Origin: Eledone cirrhosa
Lineage: Eukaryota
Direction of reading: 5' to 3'
NCBI GenBank assembly: GCA_964016885.1
Contig: OZ024746.1
Coordinates: forward strand, 76,632,001-76,696,000
DNA length: 64,000 nt
Below, piece after piece: positions 24,905 to 40,714 of the stretch. The position numbers and the translations under genes were made by a program. Numbering within the stretch: position 1 is the stretch's first letter; each line of letters starts with the position of its first letter. Under the pieces are notes generated by a model, which made no database searches, was not told the origin of the DNA, and worked only from the letters and a program-made list of their open reading frames with translations.

Positions 24905-27059
24905 TTATAAATTTGTTACAAGTTGTACTATAAAAATAAAATGGTTGAAATCAGCCATTACATGGATTTATTCAGTTTGGTTTGATATTCTTTGACTATA
25001 ACCAAGATGATACAAATCTGAATAAATCAGTTTGTGGTTTTGTAGGCAAAGTTATCTCATTTTATGGGCAGAGATCTTATGTTCCATATTTAGCATTGTT
25101 CTTAAGATTGCACCAACATTAATAAAGTTATGCTTAACCAGGCTAGTCTTATCTACCCTGTATTGTTTCTGACTGCCAACACCTCTACAATGACTGGATG
25201 TATTTTATTTCAAATGGGAGCTGTGATATGCCTACTTTTTCCTGAAATTCATATTTCAGGGCTATATCTATACACAATACTCAATCGGCGAGTTTTAACC
25301 TTTCAATACCGCACTATCTCTTGTGTCTATGGTATAAAACTGTTCGAATCAATTTTATTCAAGAACCTTTTTAAATTATGTTCTAAACACCAGATTTAAT
25401 GAGGTTGTTACTAAATCCATCCAAATTCTTGATAATGAAAGTATTAAGACCACCTTGTTCTATGTAAGCAGTACCAGAATTATCAAATCTATGGCTTGGC
25501 TGAATTTGACTATTCATATGGAAAAAGTACCATTCATCAAATGGAGAGAAGGGGTGCAGCAAAACTAAATGCTGAAGGAATTAATCAGATATCTGACTGC
25601 TGGTTAAATGTTTGATGTTTATACTTATCACTGCACTGGTCAACTGATTTCTAACTTTAGACAGGGCCATATTATTCATAAGATTGTTGTAGGGTAGGTG
25701 AAAAACTAAGGAACCTGCTATCAGTTAACTCTTTCATTACCATGTTTCTATAGAAACACAACCTATGTTCAATGTGGACAGAAGCAACATAAAATAAAGT
25801 TTTGGTCAATCATGCGCCGAACACCCTCACCACTAAGCCACTCGTGTACAAAATGGTACACCTACGCTTCTCTATTTGCTAGGATAACTAAAATATTGAT
25901 TAATATCATATTTTCCTCCCCACATAAGTTTTTTTTTATGCTCAGTTTGTCTCCCCTGCCATTTTCTCATCACAAAAGGGTATAATTTTAATTAACTCTT
26001 AACATCCTTTAATGATTTTCAGAAAATATCTGAAAAAAACTAGTTTGTTGATTCAAATGTGTATTGCAGTCTTACATTAAAAGCTCCAATTTTTAATGTG
26101 ATACAGTCATAGTGCTATTTTATATTTCTCAAGAATGTTTGACTATTTTAAGAGTTTAAAAATTCTTAACTCATATCAAGTATAAAAATGTCTTTTTTAC
26201 TATTAATTTTTAATGCAACAGGCGTATCATGGTGTTTTTTCTTAGTCATTCTTTTGAGTTATTTACTAATAATGTTTCTGATCTCAAAATACTGCCAGAG
26301 ATCGGACTCACTCCAATATTTAATTAATCTAAATTATGGGTTGTTCCACAGCTTGGCACAATAGCCTCTGAATTTAGTAGATGGAAATTGCAGTGTACCA
26401 GTATGGTTGCAGTCTAATGAGTGAAACCAGTAAAATGATAAAAGAATCTATTTATTACACTTATAAGTTCGAAGAATCATAGAAATAAACATGCAATTAA
26501 TGATACAATGTCAATTAAACATGAAAGACACAATGATAGCACTAACATTTAGTGGTTTAGAATAAAGGCGCATATGGACATATTGTATATGTTTATGTAT
26601 AACCCATTCATGATTGCATTTCTATTTCAATTAATTAATGAATTTTGAGGGATTTACTAAAATTATTTCATTACTAAGATAAGGTTCTTATATAAAATTA
26701 TGTTGGAAACCTTTAAAATTGGGTGGTTTTATTTGATAGAATCGGAATCAGAACCAGGGTGGTAACAAAAGGGATAAACTTACATAGCCTCAATCTGATC
26801 ATATCACATCTACTTCAGTGCTGTACACATGTATTTCAGGATTTCTTACTATATGCAATATGTTTATATAAATAATATAAATATAGTTTTGCTGTGAGTA
26901 TTTTAAGATATATCACAGCTACATCAGAATCCCTGTAAGAGCTCTATATATACATGTATTTCAGAATTTTAATCCATCACTGGCAGACACTATGAGATAC
27001 TGGGGTAACAAAGATATCTTCTGTTATAGATTTTGTAAACAAATTATAACTTAACTTAA

Positions 27060-28345
27060 TATAATATAATATAATGAAATTATTGTGTAAAGTGTTCAGG
27101 TGCATGTATAGTACATAGAATAATACACAAATGTCAGGGAAGTGAATAGTGTATGAGTCATGATATACATGTCTGTATGTGTATGGAGGGGGAACATTAG
27201 GTGTAGTGTTGGCGAATCTCGGGAAGCATGGAGGCCTTAAAGGATGCAGGTAGTTTGTTCCATGCTTCAGCATGAAAAATGTTTCCAAAAGTCATGGGAA
27301 CTGTACTGTTTTCTGACTTTGTGGGCATGCCCACGTGTGTTAGACACATGGAAATCAAAAAGGTACTCAGGGTTGTTGTTGGCAAGATGGTTAACAATTT
27401 TGTGGGGTGTTTACCAAGTCAGTTGCCAGGCGTCGGAGCTTCAATGTATCCATGCCCAGGGAAGCAAGGCACTCAGAATATGGTAGATGCCTGATGGAGG
27501 GTATTCGCTTGGTTGCACGTCTCTGAACAGTTTCCAGGCGGTCAATGTTCTGAGCAAGATAGGGGTTCCTGACTGGTGATGCAAATTCTAAGTGTGGCCA
27601 CACCATAGCCATGTACAGCCTTAAATAGATAGCTGGAGAGCGGCTGACAAAGGTCTTGCTGAGTGATGCTAAGACACCCTCGTCCCTCTTGACAATTTTA
27701 GAGACGTGCTTCGTCCAACGCAAATCGCTGCTGACCGTAATGCCCAGGTCACGTTCACAAGAAGACTTCTTGATATTAGTGCTGTGGAGGGAGTATGTGG
27801 ACGCTGGGTTTTTACTCCCAAAATGCATGGTGGTGCACTTGTCCACAGCTAGCTTGAGTTGCCAGTCTGAGATCCATTGTTGCATTGTGTCCAGGTCAGA
27901 CTGCAAGCAAGATCTATAGTGTTCAGGATCTGTCCTTTTTATCTCAAGGTACAGCTTGATGTCATCTGCGTACTTTAGTACTGTGGAATTCTTTAAGTTG
28001 GCATATATGTCATTAATATATGCCACAAACAAGAGGGGGCCAAGAACAGATCCCTGTGGTACACCAGATGACATCTCATATGGTGAGGAATGCTGTCCCA
28101 GAACCGTGACTACCTCTCTTTGACTGAGAATGAAGGACTTCAACCAGTTAAAAAGATCATCCTTCACACCCATTGCAGAGAGTTTTGCCATAAGCCTTTT
28201 GTGTGGTACAGAATTGAAAGCTTTCGCAAAGTCAAGGTAAACAACATCCACCCATGAGCCGCCATCAGTGATCCGGGTGATGTCTTCAAGAAACTCGATA
28301 AGTTGATCACAGCAGCTGGAGTTGGGGATAAATCCAAATTGCAAG
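27060..28345 (-). mobile_element. CR1-clade LINE, 5'-truncated (RT ORF 28344-27391)
   Basis: QFGF, VDVVYLDFAKAFNSVPH, SGVPQGSVLGPLLF, YADDIKL, ERDLGI, LETVQRRATK; 3' UTR and (TTA)-type tail near 27060. Confidence 0.93.
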
Positions 28346-29224
28346 GGCCAGATAACTTATTTACATATAGTATTTACATATAGTATTAATGAGCAGTAGA
28401 ATTAACTCAGCATGGTTCAGAATGAAGACATATATAATTATGAAAGACATAGAATATGCAGTAAAGGGCCTTCATATGTTTTATCCTCTACCTCTAAAAC
28501 CTGTAGCTTTTCAAGCTAGACTATTCAACAAAATCAGTAAGTTGGAAATTATAAATTGAAATTTCCATCTCAATCTTTTTTCAACATGAACTATCAAAAT
28601 TAATAAGTGTAGCACCAGATAATTATTTGATGAAATGAAATTTAAAACTCACATCTATGTATGTTTAGCTAGCATCCAATGAGGTTTCTTGGGTGTTTTA
28701 ATAAGATCTCTTGTCTTAATATGGAAAGCAACATAAAATGAAACAACTTGCTCAAGAATACATACCACCTAAGTCCAGGAATCAAACCCATGAGTCCAAC
28801 ATCCTAACCACTATGTTAGGTTCACAACTGTTTGATGTAGAGAATAGAAATACAATGGTTTCTAATTTAGGCTAAGGCCAGCAGTTTGTGGGGAGGGGAA
28901 AGTCAATTAAATTGACCCCAGTACCAGACTGGTTCTTTATCTTATCAACTCCACATGGATGAAAGGCAAAGTTGATTCACAACATATAAAGCACCATAAC
29001 AAATAATGCATGTTATTTTGTCTAATATTCTAAACAAATCTACCACTCTTTAATGCAAAAAGAATAATAGAAATTTGGGCAGATGGGTTAAATCAATTAC
29101 ATCAACCCTAATACTTGACAGGTACATTATCAACTGCAAAAGAATGAAAGGCAAAATTGATTTCAGTCATAATTAAATACCCCATATACATAGATAATAA
29201 CACTTCTTAAAGCCAGACAAGTAC

Positions 29225-29745
29225 ACTCACATCAGAGTGGCACAATGCCTCAGCCTCCGCGTATGTGAATCACGTAAATGCTGTTGTGGGGCAGAGCGGT
29301 CCTTGATAAGTTTGGCCTCCTGTACCCACTGTCTTGCCACCAGAGTGCAGTCGTTCTCCCGACATGCTGCTCTAAACCACATATTGAGAAGGAGCCTGGA
29401 TGTAGTTTGCTTCCCATCACAACTTGAACCAGCAGGCCTCAACAGTGCAGAGGCAAGCGCCCCGACAGAATTACTCTCTTCCCATTCGAAGGAGGTAGAT
29501 CCCTCATCTAGGATGTCACATGTTGTGACACATTCTCTGCCACAAACCCCAGTACTGCGGCCCACAATACAGAGGAAAGGAGGACAAACAAATACCAGGG
29601 ATTGTCCAGCCGCTTCCTCTTCGCACTGGTCACTGTTGAGACCTCAGGTGTACTTGGACCCCATCCGCAGGATCGGAATGTTAACAGCCCCGCAAGATGG
29701 GGTGATTGTTGCAGCAGGTGTCGCTAGCCATTGTCGACAGAAATA
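29225..29745 (+). mobile_element. CRE-clade non-LTR retrotransposon remnant (restriction-like endonuclease region)
   Basis: RHAALNHILRRSL..PSQLEPAGL, then in a shifted frame RPDRITLFPF..DVTCCDT, the RLE motif pattern of CRE elements. Confidence 0.65.
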
Positions 29746-30412
29746 GTTTTCCTGTCTTATCCACGGGGCGCAGCCCCAACGCCGCCACGCCCTAGGCCCA
29801 GTTCTGCTAAAAAACTAAAAAGAAGCAACTGATCATCAGATCAGAACAAAGAAATTATATTTCCATTAGTCTTTTAATTGCTGATACTATCTGTCAGTGA
29901 CAACTCCTGGCAAAAGGAGGCAGTATTCAGAATGCAGAGTCGGATCAAATATAGCAAGACATCTTGTCCAACTTTTTAACAATTCCAACTATCCACCACC
30001 CCTTCACTAATTCTTTATTTATCAATCTGACAAGATTTGACTTCAGAGAGCCAAAATAAATACCAAAGTATTTATTCTAATGCCCTAACAACTCTACTAA
30101 ATCACCACCTAAAAAGCTAAAAGGTCCTCAAAAACATACCATATTTTTTCATGTATAATACAGTAAATCAGACATGGCCTGGACCAATACTGGCCGAAAC
30201 CTATCAAAGTTATCATACATGAGTGTACATTTTCAGAAATTTTTACTTAGCTTAAAAATACTCATTTCAAATGGCAAGACTGCAAATACACTTAGTGAGC
30301 ACTTCTAAATAAAATACTAAACAACTTGTTGTTTTACAATCAACGTCATAAGAAACTGAATATTGTAGTGAAATATCTGTGCGAGATTGAGATTTTGATG
30401 AATAACATGGTT

Positions 30413-30793
30413 CATCATCATCATCATTTTACGTCTGCTTTTCCCTGCTTGCAAGGGTGGGACGGGAACTGATTCTGGCTTGATTTCTACAGCTGAATGC
30501 CCTTCCTAACACCAACCTCATTTACAGTGAGTGCTGGGTGCTTTGTTGACGTGGCGCCTACAAATCCACTTTACAGTGAGGGCTGGGTGCTTTTTTTGCC
30601 GTGGCACCTCCACGACCACTTTGCAGTGGAATGATAGGGACCCCAGTCCCTATCATTTCATTTCTACAGCTGAGTAAACTGGAGCAATGTGAAATAAAGT
30701 GTCTTGCTCAAGGAAACAACACATCACCCGGTCTGAGAATTGAACTCACAACCTTTCGATTGCAAAACTCAATGCTCTAACCACTAAGCCATG
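30413..30793 (-). mobile_element. Full-length tRNA-derived SINE with RTE 3' tail
   Basis: Minus strand: A-box TGGCTTAGTGG, B-box GAGTTCAATTC, body with ~40-nt tandem units, tail nearly identical to the RTE end at 52822-52875, (ATG)n. Confidence 0.85.
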
Positions 30794-31609
30794 TTCAAGT
30801 TTACAAAAGAATTTACATAAAGATGGCTGTACTCTGGGGTCATATTATACTCAAATTGCATTACACACAGAGAAATGCAACACTTTTTTTATAATATAAT
30901 TAACAACAAAAAAGGAGCCTGAGAAACTGATAGTAAACATTTGGGAATATCCCACTATACAATGTATTTGGGAATATCCCCTTATACAATGTATATGAAA
31001 ACTCATGAAAACTATTTAGCATTATATAGAATACATCCATTGACATAAGATGAACACAATATATAAATAAATCAACATACCCCTATCACACTGCTCTCTA
31101 TATAATATACACCTACATTTCAAAAGTGCACAAAAAAATCTGTGGATTGTATCTAATTCTTCAACTGACTAACCTACATGTTTTATATCCGCTCCATTAT
31201 TGCTAACAACAAACTAGGAATTTTAGACACAGCAAAAATTGATTATATTAACCCTGGGAGAGGAGCCTATTCGAAAATTATTTTGTAGTCTCCATCTAAC
31301 ACTGAAAAGACTAGTGATGGGGCCTGCAACCAGTCTTGGGAGACGTGGAATGTAAGCACATTTGCTGGGTAGATTTTACAGCAAAACCAACCAGCTGGAG
31401 ACCCAGAAGTAGACCACGAGTAAGATGGTTGAGTAACATCCATAAGCACTGTCTGCAGACTCTGATCAAACAACCCTCCCAGGAAAGAATACTGCACTTC
31501 TTAAAGCCAGTATCGACTTGTTCTGGTAAAAGCTACTTCAACAAGTTAGTTTTTTAGCATAAAAATGATTATCTCCATGACAAATATTTATTCAACCTGG
31601 ACAAATATG

Positions 31610-31810
31610 GGTTTCTAATTTAGGCACAAGGTCAGTAATTTTGTGGGGAAGAAAAAGGCAATTAAATCAACTCTAGTACTTGACTGGTACTACAATTTAT
31701 CAACTCCAGAATAATGAAAAGTAGTATGACCTTGGTAAGATTTGAACTTAGAACGTAAAAGTACAGAAAAGATACCGTAAAGCAATGTGATACTTCTGCC
31801 AATCCACCTC
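31610..31810 (-). mobile_element. Abundant degenerate SINE-like family (representative copy)
   Basis: Motif GTTTCTAATTTAGGCACAAGG..GACTGGTAC..GATGAAAGG..TTTGAACT recurs near 600-770, 1290-1420, 9690-9870 (reversed), 28855-29170, 45745-46020 and 58405. Confidence 0.6.
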
Positions 31811-32197
31811 CCTAGGTTTCTAATTTTTGGGGTGAAGAGAAATCAATCAAATCAACCCCGAGGCTTGACTAGTAACGATTCTGCCAAACAACTGCCCTCA
31901 CATGGAAAAATAATATCAGTTTTCAATGCCAGCATGAAATCGATGTTTCTATAAATTTAAACCATCAAATGAATAACAGGATTGATTATTCTTACAGGTT
32001 AAAACTAGCCATATAGACATGCCCATAATTTTCACCTAACCTGGAAATACAAAAGCAGTTTTTAAAATCATCAGTTCAAACCATTTCCACAACACTTATC
32101 TAGAATAATATAATTATCATCATATGAAATCATTTTGTGCCCGCTTTCCATGCTGGCGTGGGTTGGACAGGCTGTCAAAGTCCGACCATGTCTTGCC

Positions 32198-32482
32198 AAC
32201 CACTTTACAGAGTGTACTGACCGCATTTTATTCTCGTACCAACACTGACACTTACAGAGTGTACTGAATGCATATTATCGTGGCACCAATCCTACCATTT
32301 TACAGAGGGTACTGGGTATCTTTTATTATTGCACCAGTATTACCATTTTGCAGAATGTACTGGGTGCATTGTACTGTAGCACCAGCACTACCACTTTACA
32401 AAGTGCTCTGGGTGCATTTTATCATGGCACCAACACTACTATTTTACAGAGTGTATTGGGTGCATTTTATGGTGTCACCAAG
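32198..32482. repeat. ~40-bp tandem array (ACCACTTTACAGAGTGTACTGGGTGCATTTTATCGTGGCACCA-like), about 7 units
   Basis: Expanded body unit of the RTE-tailed SINE; a similar array lies at 57680-57830. Confidence 0.8.
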
Positions 32483-32931
32483 TATGAAATACTATCATGG
32501 ATAACCTTTAAAATTGTGTAGCATCGCAAGTTATTCCCATCGGGACCCAGTGATTATTTTGGTGTGTTCGAGCATAGTTAATGTATTTACGTAACACTGA
32601 ACGTTACGTGAATACTGCACACACACATACAAACAAAAATTTAGAGGTCTTTGTGGAAATCATTTGAAAATAACTTTCGAAGGTTATTCCTGATATTTCG
32701 TACTATCTATAACTCAATAGCTATATTAATCTATTTATCTATCTATTTATTATTCGATAGCAACTTAAATATACAAGGATCTGACATACCTTATGGTTAT
32801 ACGAGTGAAATATATAAGCGTAGGAGTATACTATTTTTGCATTAATCTTGGTTTAATATTTTGGTTATATAAATTTACCTTTAACAATTCCACATAATTG
32901 ATATGTTTACAATCTATATTATTCTGTTTTC

Positions 32932-32966
<35 letters not shown>

Positions 32967-33971
32967 CACAAATTCTCGTTTTCTTTTCGCAATGGAAATG
33001 TTTCCCCCTTTCTAATGTTTGAAATATAAAAATGTACATTTACTTGCTAAAATGTTCGATGTCTTAATTTTTTTAATACAGAAAACAATTATAATTGAAA
33101 GTCTTAACCTTTTTGACAGCAAACCACCCCTATTTCTATGATTGTGTAATTTAAAATATTTCTATTCAACTAAACACATTCCATGATAATTTTACGTAAG
33201 AACCTTTGTTACGTTATGTTCCAAACACTAACTTAATAATGAGAAAGTTAGTTATATTACTAAATGCATCCAAATTATTGATTATTTTCTAAATTCTAGG
33301 CAGTGTCGTTCATTAGAAATATGATACGAAAGAGTTAAGTTTATTTTAATGTATAGAATATATTAAGTAGCGTCATATAAAGATAAATGTATCGGTGGCA
33401 TTATCTTCGGTAAACAAAAGTACTTGACAAGACTGTTTAGAAAAAAACCACGGCGAATGAGCAAACTTGGACGATTTTTGCATTTAATTGAAATCAGAAA
33501 CATACTCAGAAAACAGAAACACACACCAGCTGAGATTTAAAGATTTACTTCTTAATGGTTTCTAAATAGAAACAATTAAATCAAACCTACACACACATAT
33601 ATATATGTAAAGAATATATATATATTTCATTTATATATATATATATATTTATATATAAAGAATATATATATAAAGAATATATATATATATATATTTATAT
33701 ATAAAGAATATATATATATATTTATATATATATATATATATAGAGCAAACAGCACGGACACTCTATCTCAAAATTATTTTTGAAAAGCATTTAGAAATGC
33801 GCAACCGGTAAAAACTTAAAAACTTAAAACCACAACTGAATACTAACCCATACAATCACTAATACTCTTTTATTCCTAATTAAACCATTTTTCAACTGTG
33901 AACAATTTGTCAGCATTTTCTATTCCGTTTACCAATATATTTATATATATATATATATATTTATATATAAA

Positions 33972-34178
<207 letters not shown>

Positions 34179-34196
34179 AATATATATATATATATT

Positions 34197-34339
<143 letters not shown>

Positions 34340-34416
34340 TATATATATATATATATATAAATAATATATATATATATATATATATTATTATATATATATA
34401 TATTTATATATATATT

Positions 34417-34453
<37 letters not shown>

Positions 34454-34542
34454 ATAAATAATATATATATATATATATATATATTATTATTATATATATA
34501 TATATTTATATATATATTTATATATATATTTATATATATATT

Positions 34543-34574
<32 letters not shown>

Positions 34575-34638
34575 GATATATTTATATATATATATTTATA
34601 TATATATTTATATATATATATATATTTATATATATATT

Positions 34639-34670
<32 letters not shown>

Positions 34671-34839
34671 GATATATTTATATATATATATTTATATATA
34701 TATTTATTTATATATATATATTTATATTTATATATATATATATTTATATATATTTATATATATATATATATATTTATATATATTTCGTTTCTGAATTTGT
34801 TTAGCAAGATTCTTTATCTGAAATCGTGTGTTGAAACCG

Positions 34840-35386
34840 ATATTGTTATACTTTGGGAGGGTCATGTTGCCAATAAGAAACACACGCACCAGTTGCTTTC
34901 ACTTCAATTTATTATATATTTATAAATTTATAAATTTACAAATCTACAAATTTATAAATTTCTGGTTGGTTGGTTGGTTCCACAACCAGATAGTTGTTTA
35001 TATATAGTCAGTCCTTTCGTCACACACTCTGTGACCTCTTCAGTGACTGGGGATTCCTTTCTTTGTTTCTGTGCCTTTCCTTTCTTCTGTCCTACGCCAT
35101 TTTGTTTCTGTGTGTGTGTTCACACAGAAACAAAATGGCGTAGGACAGAAGAAAGGAAAGGAACAGAAACAAAGAAAGGAATCCCCAGTCACTGAAGAGG
35201 TCACAGAGTGTGTGACGAAAGGACTATGACTATATATAAACAACTATCTGGTTGTGGAACCAACCAACCAACCAGAAATTTATAAATTTGTAGATTTGTA
35301 AATTTATGAATTTATAATAAATTGAAGTGAAAGCAACTGGTGCGTGTGTTTCTTATTGGCAACATGACCCTCCCAAAGTATAACAA

Positions 35387-35389
<3 letters not shown>
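34840..35389. mobile_element. 550-bp near-perfect palindrome, probable inverted Penelope-like pLTRs, embedded in (TA)n
   Basis: Arms ~34840-35114 and 35121-35389 are reverse complements with a 6-nt spacer; both carry a hammerhead core. The Penelope assignment is inferred from the hammerhead plus inverted arrangement. Confidence 0.7.
35187..35231 (+). ncRNA. Minimal type I hammerhead ribozyme
   Basis: Stem I AGTCA/TGACT; core CTGAAGA 35192-35198 plus one extra G; stem II GTCACA/TGTGAC with loop GAGTG; GAAA 35217-35220; short helix III A-GGAC-T; UH site TA 35225-35226. Confidence 0.75.
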
Positions 35390-35436
<47 letters not shown>

Positions 35437-35598
35437 TATATATATTTATATATATATATTTATATATATTTATATATATATATTTATATATATTTATATA
35501 TATATATTTATATATATATATTTATATATATTTATATATATATATTTATATATATTTATATATATATATTTATATATATATATTTATATATATATATT

Positions 35599-35859
<261 letters not shown>

Positions 35860-35906
35860 ATTTATATATATATATATTTATATATATATATTTATATATA
35901 TATATT

Positions 35907-36075
<169 letters not shown>

Positions 36076-36076
36076 T

Positions 36077-36113
<37 letters not shown>

Positions 36114-36130
36114 ATATATATTTATATATT

Positions 36131-36207
<77 letters not shown>

Positions 36208-36268
36208 TTATATATTTATATATATATTTATATATTTATATATATTTATATATATATTTATATATATT

Positions 36269-36317
<49 letters not shown>

Positions 36318-36763
36318 ATATTTAAATATAAAATATTAAAAAAATAATGAATAAAACAATGAAACAGTTCCTTATATTAAACAAAAAAAGTTCATTATTT
36401 AACGATCGTTTCTAGGACATATATGTGTTAGAATTGGCATGCATATTCAAAAGATCTATGTACAAAATTATACAAACTATCAAATAGAATATACATACCA
36501 ACACATTGAGTTCTTCATACGGATTGGACACTACCGTAAACTTTTGGTAGATTTATCTACATATATTTAAATATATATATTTATATTTAAATATATATAT
36601 TTATATATATATATATTTATATATATATATATTTATATTTATATATATATTTAAATATATATATATATATTTATATTTATATATATATTTAAATATATAT
36701 ATATATATTTATATTTATATATATATTTAAATATATATATATATTTAAATATATATATATACT

Positions 36764-36852
<89 letters not shown>

Positions 36853-36861
36853 ATATATATA

Positions 36862-37028
<167 letters not shown>

Positions 37029-37073
37029 ATTTATATATATATATATTTATATATATATATATTTATATATATT

Positions 37074-37152
<79 letters not shown>

Positions 37153-37203
37153 ATATATATATATATATGTATATATGTTTATATATATATATATGTATAT
37201 ATT

Positions 37204-37234
<31 letters not shown>

Positions 37235-37235
37235 T

Positions 37236-37266
<31 letters not shown>

Positions 37267-37299
37267 ATTTATATATATATATATTTATATATATATATT

Positions 37300-37374
<75 letters not shown>

Positions 37375-37375
37375 T

Positions 37376-37414
<39 letters not shown>

Positions 37415-37416
37415 AT

Positions 37417-37483
<67 letters not shown>

Positions 37484-37556
37484 ATTTATATGTATATTTA
37501 TATATATATATATTTATATATATATATATTTATTTATATATATATATATGTATATT

Positions 37557-37605
<49 letters not shown>

Positions 37606-37608
37606 ATT

Positions 37609-37664
<56 letters not shown>

Positions 37665-37665
37665 T

Positions 37666-37726
<61 letters not shown>

Positions 37727-37831
37727 ATTTATATATATTTATATATATATATATATTTATATATATATTTATATATATTTATATATATATATATTTATAT
37801 ATATATATATATTTATATATATATTTATATT

Positions 37832-37862
<31 letters not shown>

Positions 37863-37869
37863 TTATATT

Positions 37870-37900
<31 letters not shown>

Positions 37901-37907
37901 TTATATT

Positions 37908-37938
<31 letters not shown>

Positions 37939-37945
37939 TTATATT

Positions 37946-37979
<34 letters not shown>

Positions 37980-38001
37980 TATATTTATATATATATATAT
38001 T

Positions 38002-38039
<38 letters not shown>

Positions 38040-38359
38040 TATATATATATATATATATATATAAAGAATATATATATATATATATAAAGAATATATATAT
38101 ATATATAAAGAATATATATATATATAAAGAATATATATATATATATAAAGAATATATATATATATATTTATATATATATATAAAGTATATATATAAAGAA
38201 TATATATATATATATTTATATATATATATAAAGTATATATATATATATAAAGAATATATATATATTTATATATATATAAAGAATATATATGTGTGAATGA
38301 AATAATTCCGTCGGAAAAGTCCAGGAAAAAAGAGTGCTCTATGTACGTAACAGAGCTTA

Positions 38360-38543
38360 ATAGTTATGTAATAAACAACATAAGGCAGTTATTCCATTTA
38401 CCAGTGGTTTCTTAAAAGCAAAAGATTTTGCTTTCAATACTCAGAGGATTTTTTCATTCTGAGGATTGAAAGCAAAATCTTTTGCTTTTAAGAAACAACT
38501 GGTAAATGGAATAATTGCCTTATGTTGTTTATTACATAACTAT
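38360..38543. repeat. Fold-back inverted repeat, 86-bp arms, 12-nt loop, in (TA)n
   Basis: 38360-38445 vs 38458-38543 are reverse complements with 3 mismatches. Confidence 0.9.
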
Positions 38544-38611
38544 ATATATATATATATATAAAGAATATATATATATATATATACAGAATATATATATATA
38601 TATATATAAAG

Positions 38612-38643
<32 letters not shown>

Positions 38644-38800
38644 TATATATATAAAGCAGCAATTCTTTGCTTAAACTTTAATCTGTTATTTTAATAAATA
38701 TAAAGAATATATATATATATATAAAGAATATATATATATATATATATATAAAGAATACATATATATATATATATAAATATATATATGGAGAGAGAGAGAA

Positions 38801-38838
<38 letters not shown>

Positions 38839-39125
38839 TATAAAGAATATATATATATATATAAAGAATATATATATATATATATATATAAAGAATATAT
38901 ATATATATATATAAAGAATATATATATATATAAAGTATATATATATATAAAGTATATATATATAAAGTATATATATATATATAAAGTATATATATATATA
39001 TATATATAAAGTATATATATATATATAAAGTATATATATATATATAAAGTATATATATATATATAAAGTATATATATATATAAAGTATATATATATATAT
39101 ATAAATAAATATATATATATAAATA

Positions 39126-39163
<38 letters not shown>

Positions 39164-39182
39164 AATATAAATAAATATATAT

Positions 39183-39231
<49 letters not shown>

Positions 39232-40714
39232 AATATATATATAAAGAATATATATATATATATATATATAAGGAAAAAATTAAAAGATCATCACAATTGG
39301 TTTAAAGTAATACGGAAAAGGACAAAACAGAAACAAAATTTGAGGGAGGGGACTTTATATTCAGTATCGATAAACATAAGTGTATTGTGTGCGTGTGTAT
39401 ATATATATATACATATACACGCACACATTTACATTATGTATGTATATATATATATATATATATACATATATATATACACACAATCGATAAAATTAATTGT
39501 GAAAGCAATAAATTTATTATTTCATGATTATAGCATGCAATTTAAAAGTACACTTAAAGCAGGACGAATGTAAATTTAGATTTTCTCCATAAAAATTAAA
39601 ACAACCAACAGGAATAAACAACTGAAATAATGGAAGATGAAAAATAGAATAACACCGGAATATATGTATTTTTTTCTTCTGATTTTTCAAGAGAAAATAA
39701 GCCAATGAAAAATTTGTAACCATTTAAATTCAAATGATTTCCGAAAAATTAAAACATTTTATTGAAAATCTTATCGATAAAAAAAAAACATTTGTATGAG
39801 GTTAATTCCCATAAACAATAATTCTATTAATGACAATTAATAAATATACGGAGAACATCAGTCGTCTTACCAATTCACGTCTGGCTAGCTTATACGGACT
39901 TTACAGGAAATACAAATATAATCTTTAAACAAAACCCCACTTAGTATGTTTGTTTTCTAAAATATAATTTTAAAAACAATTAAAAATAAATATTTTACTC
40001 TTTTTTAAATATGCTTATTTCATTAACTACAGTGTATTGTATTTAAAGTTGTATATATTTTTAAAGTCATAAAATAAGAATACGCTTTGGTTTCGGGGCT
40101 TGATTCTCAGTCGTTCATATAGCCAACAAATATATTTTATATAAGAGATGTCATAGATGAAATACTGTTATTTATAGGTTTGCGCAATCAGGGTTAAACC
40201 ACAGCCTTATTGTTGAATAACTTTATCACAAGCTGTATGTTTTTTTTATATATAATTGTTAAGCAATCTAAAATAAATATTTAACTTTTTTTTTTGTAGT
40301 TTTATTTATTAAGTGTATGACTATGCAGATATATTCAGTACTATAAAAAGTGTAAGTGTGTGTGTGTGTGTGGGGGGGGGGGGGGTAATAGGGGAAAAAA
40401 AAAGGTCTGGCATGATAAGAATGAAAACCCGCACCCTCAATCACACACGACAAGCGGTACAGGAGCCTTCCTCTAAAACATTTTGAGATAAGCCAAACAC
40501 ACTTGTAGCATTGACTTGGATGATCGTGCAACTTAGGCATAGGAGTAACCAAGCACCCTCGCGGGTATTACCAGATACTCCAGTAAGGTGGACTCCAACG
40601 ATAACAAGAATATTGTTGTCGGAGGCCCAGCTCCCACAAACATTTCAAACACCAAAAAAGTTTGCTGCTTTTGCTGATAATTCCTGGTATTTTAAAAAAT
40701 GTTATTATTGGAAT

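Noticed and set aside
29227-29565. Minus-strand ORF read as a CR1 ORF1 esterase
   Set aside because: The plus strand gives a much better match to CRE endonuclease motifs.
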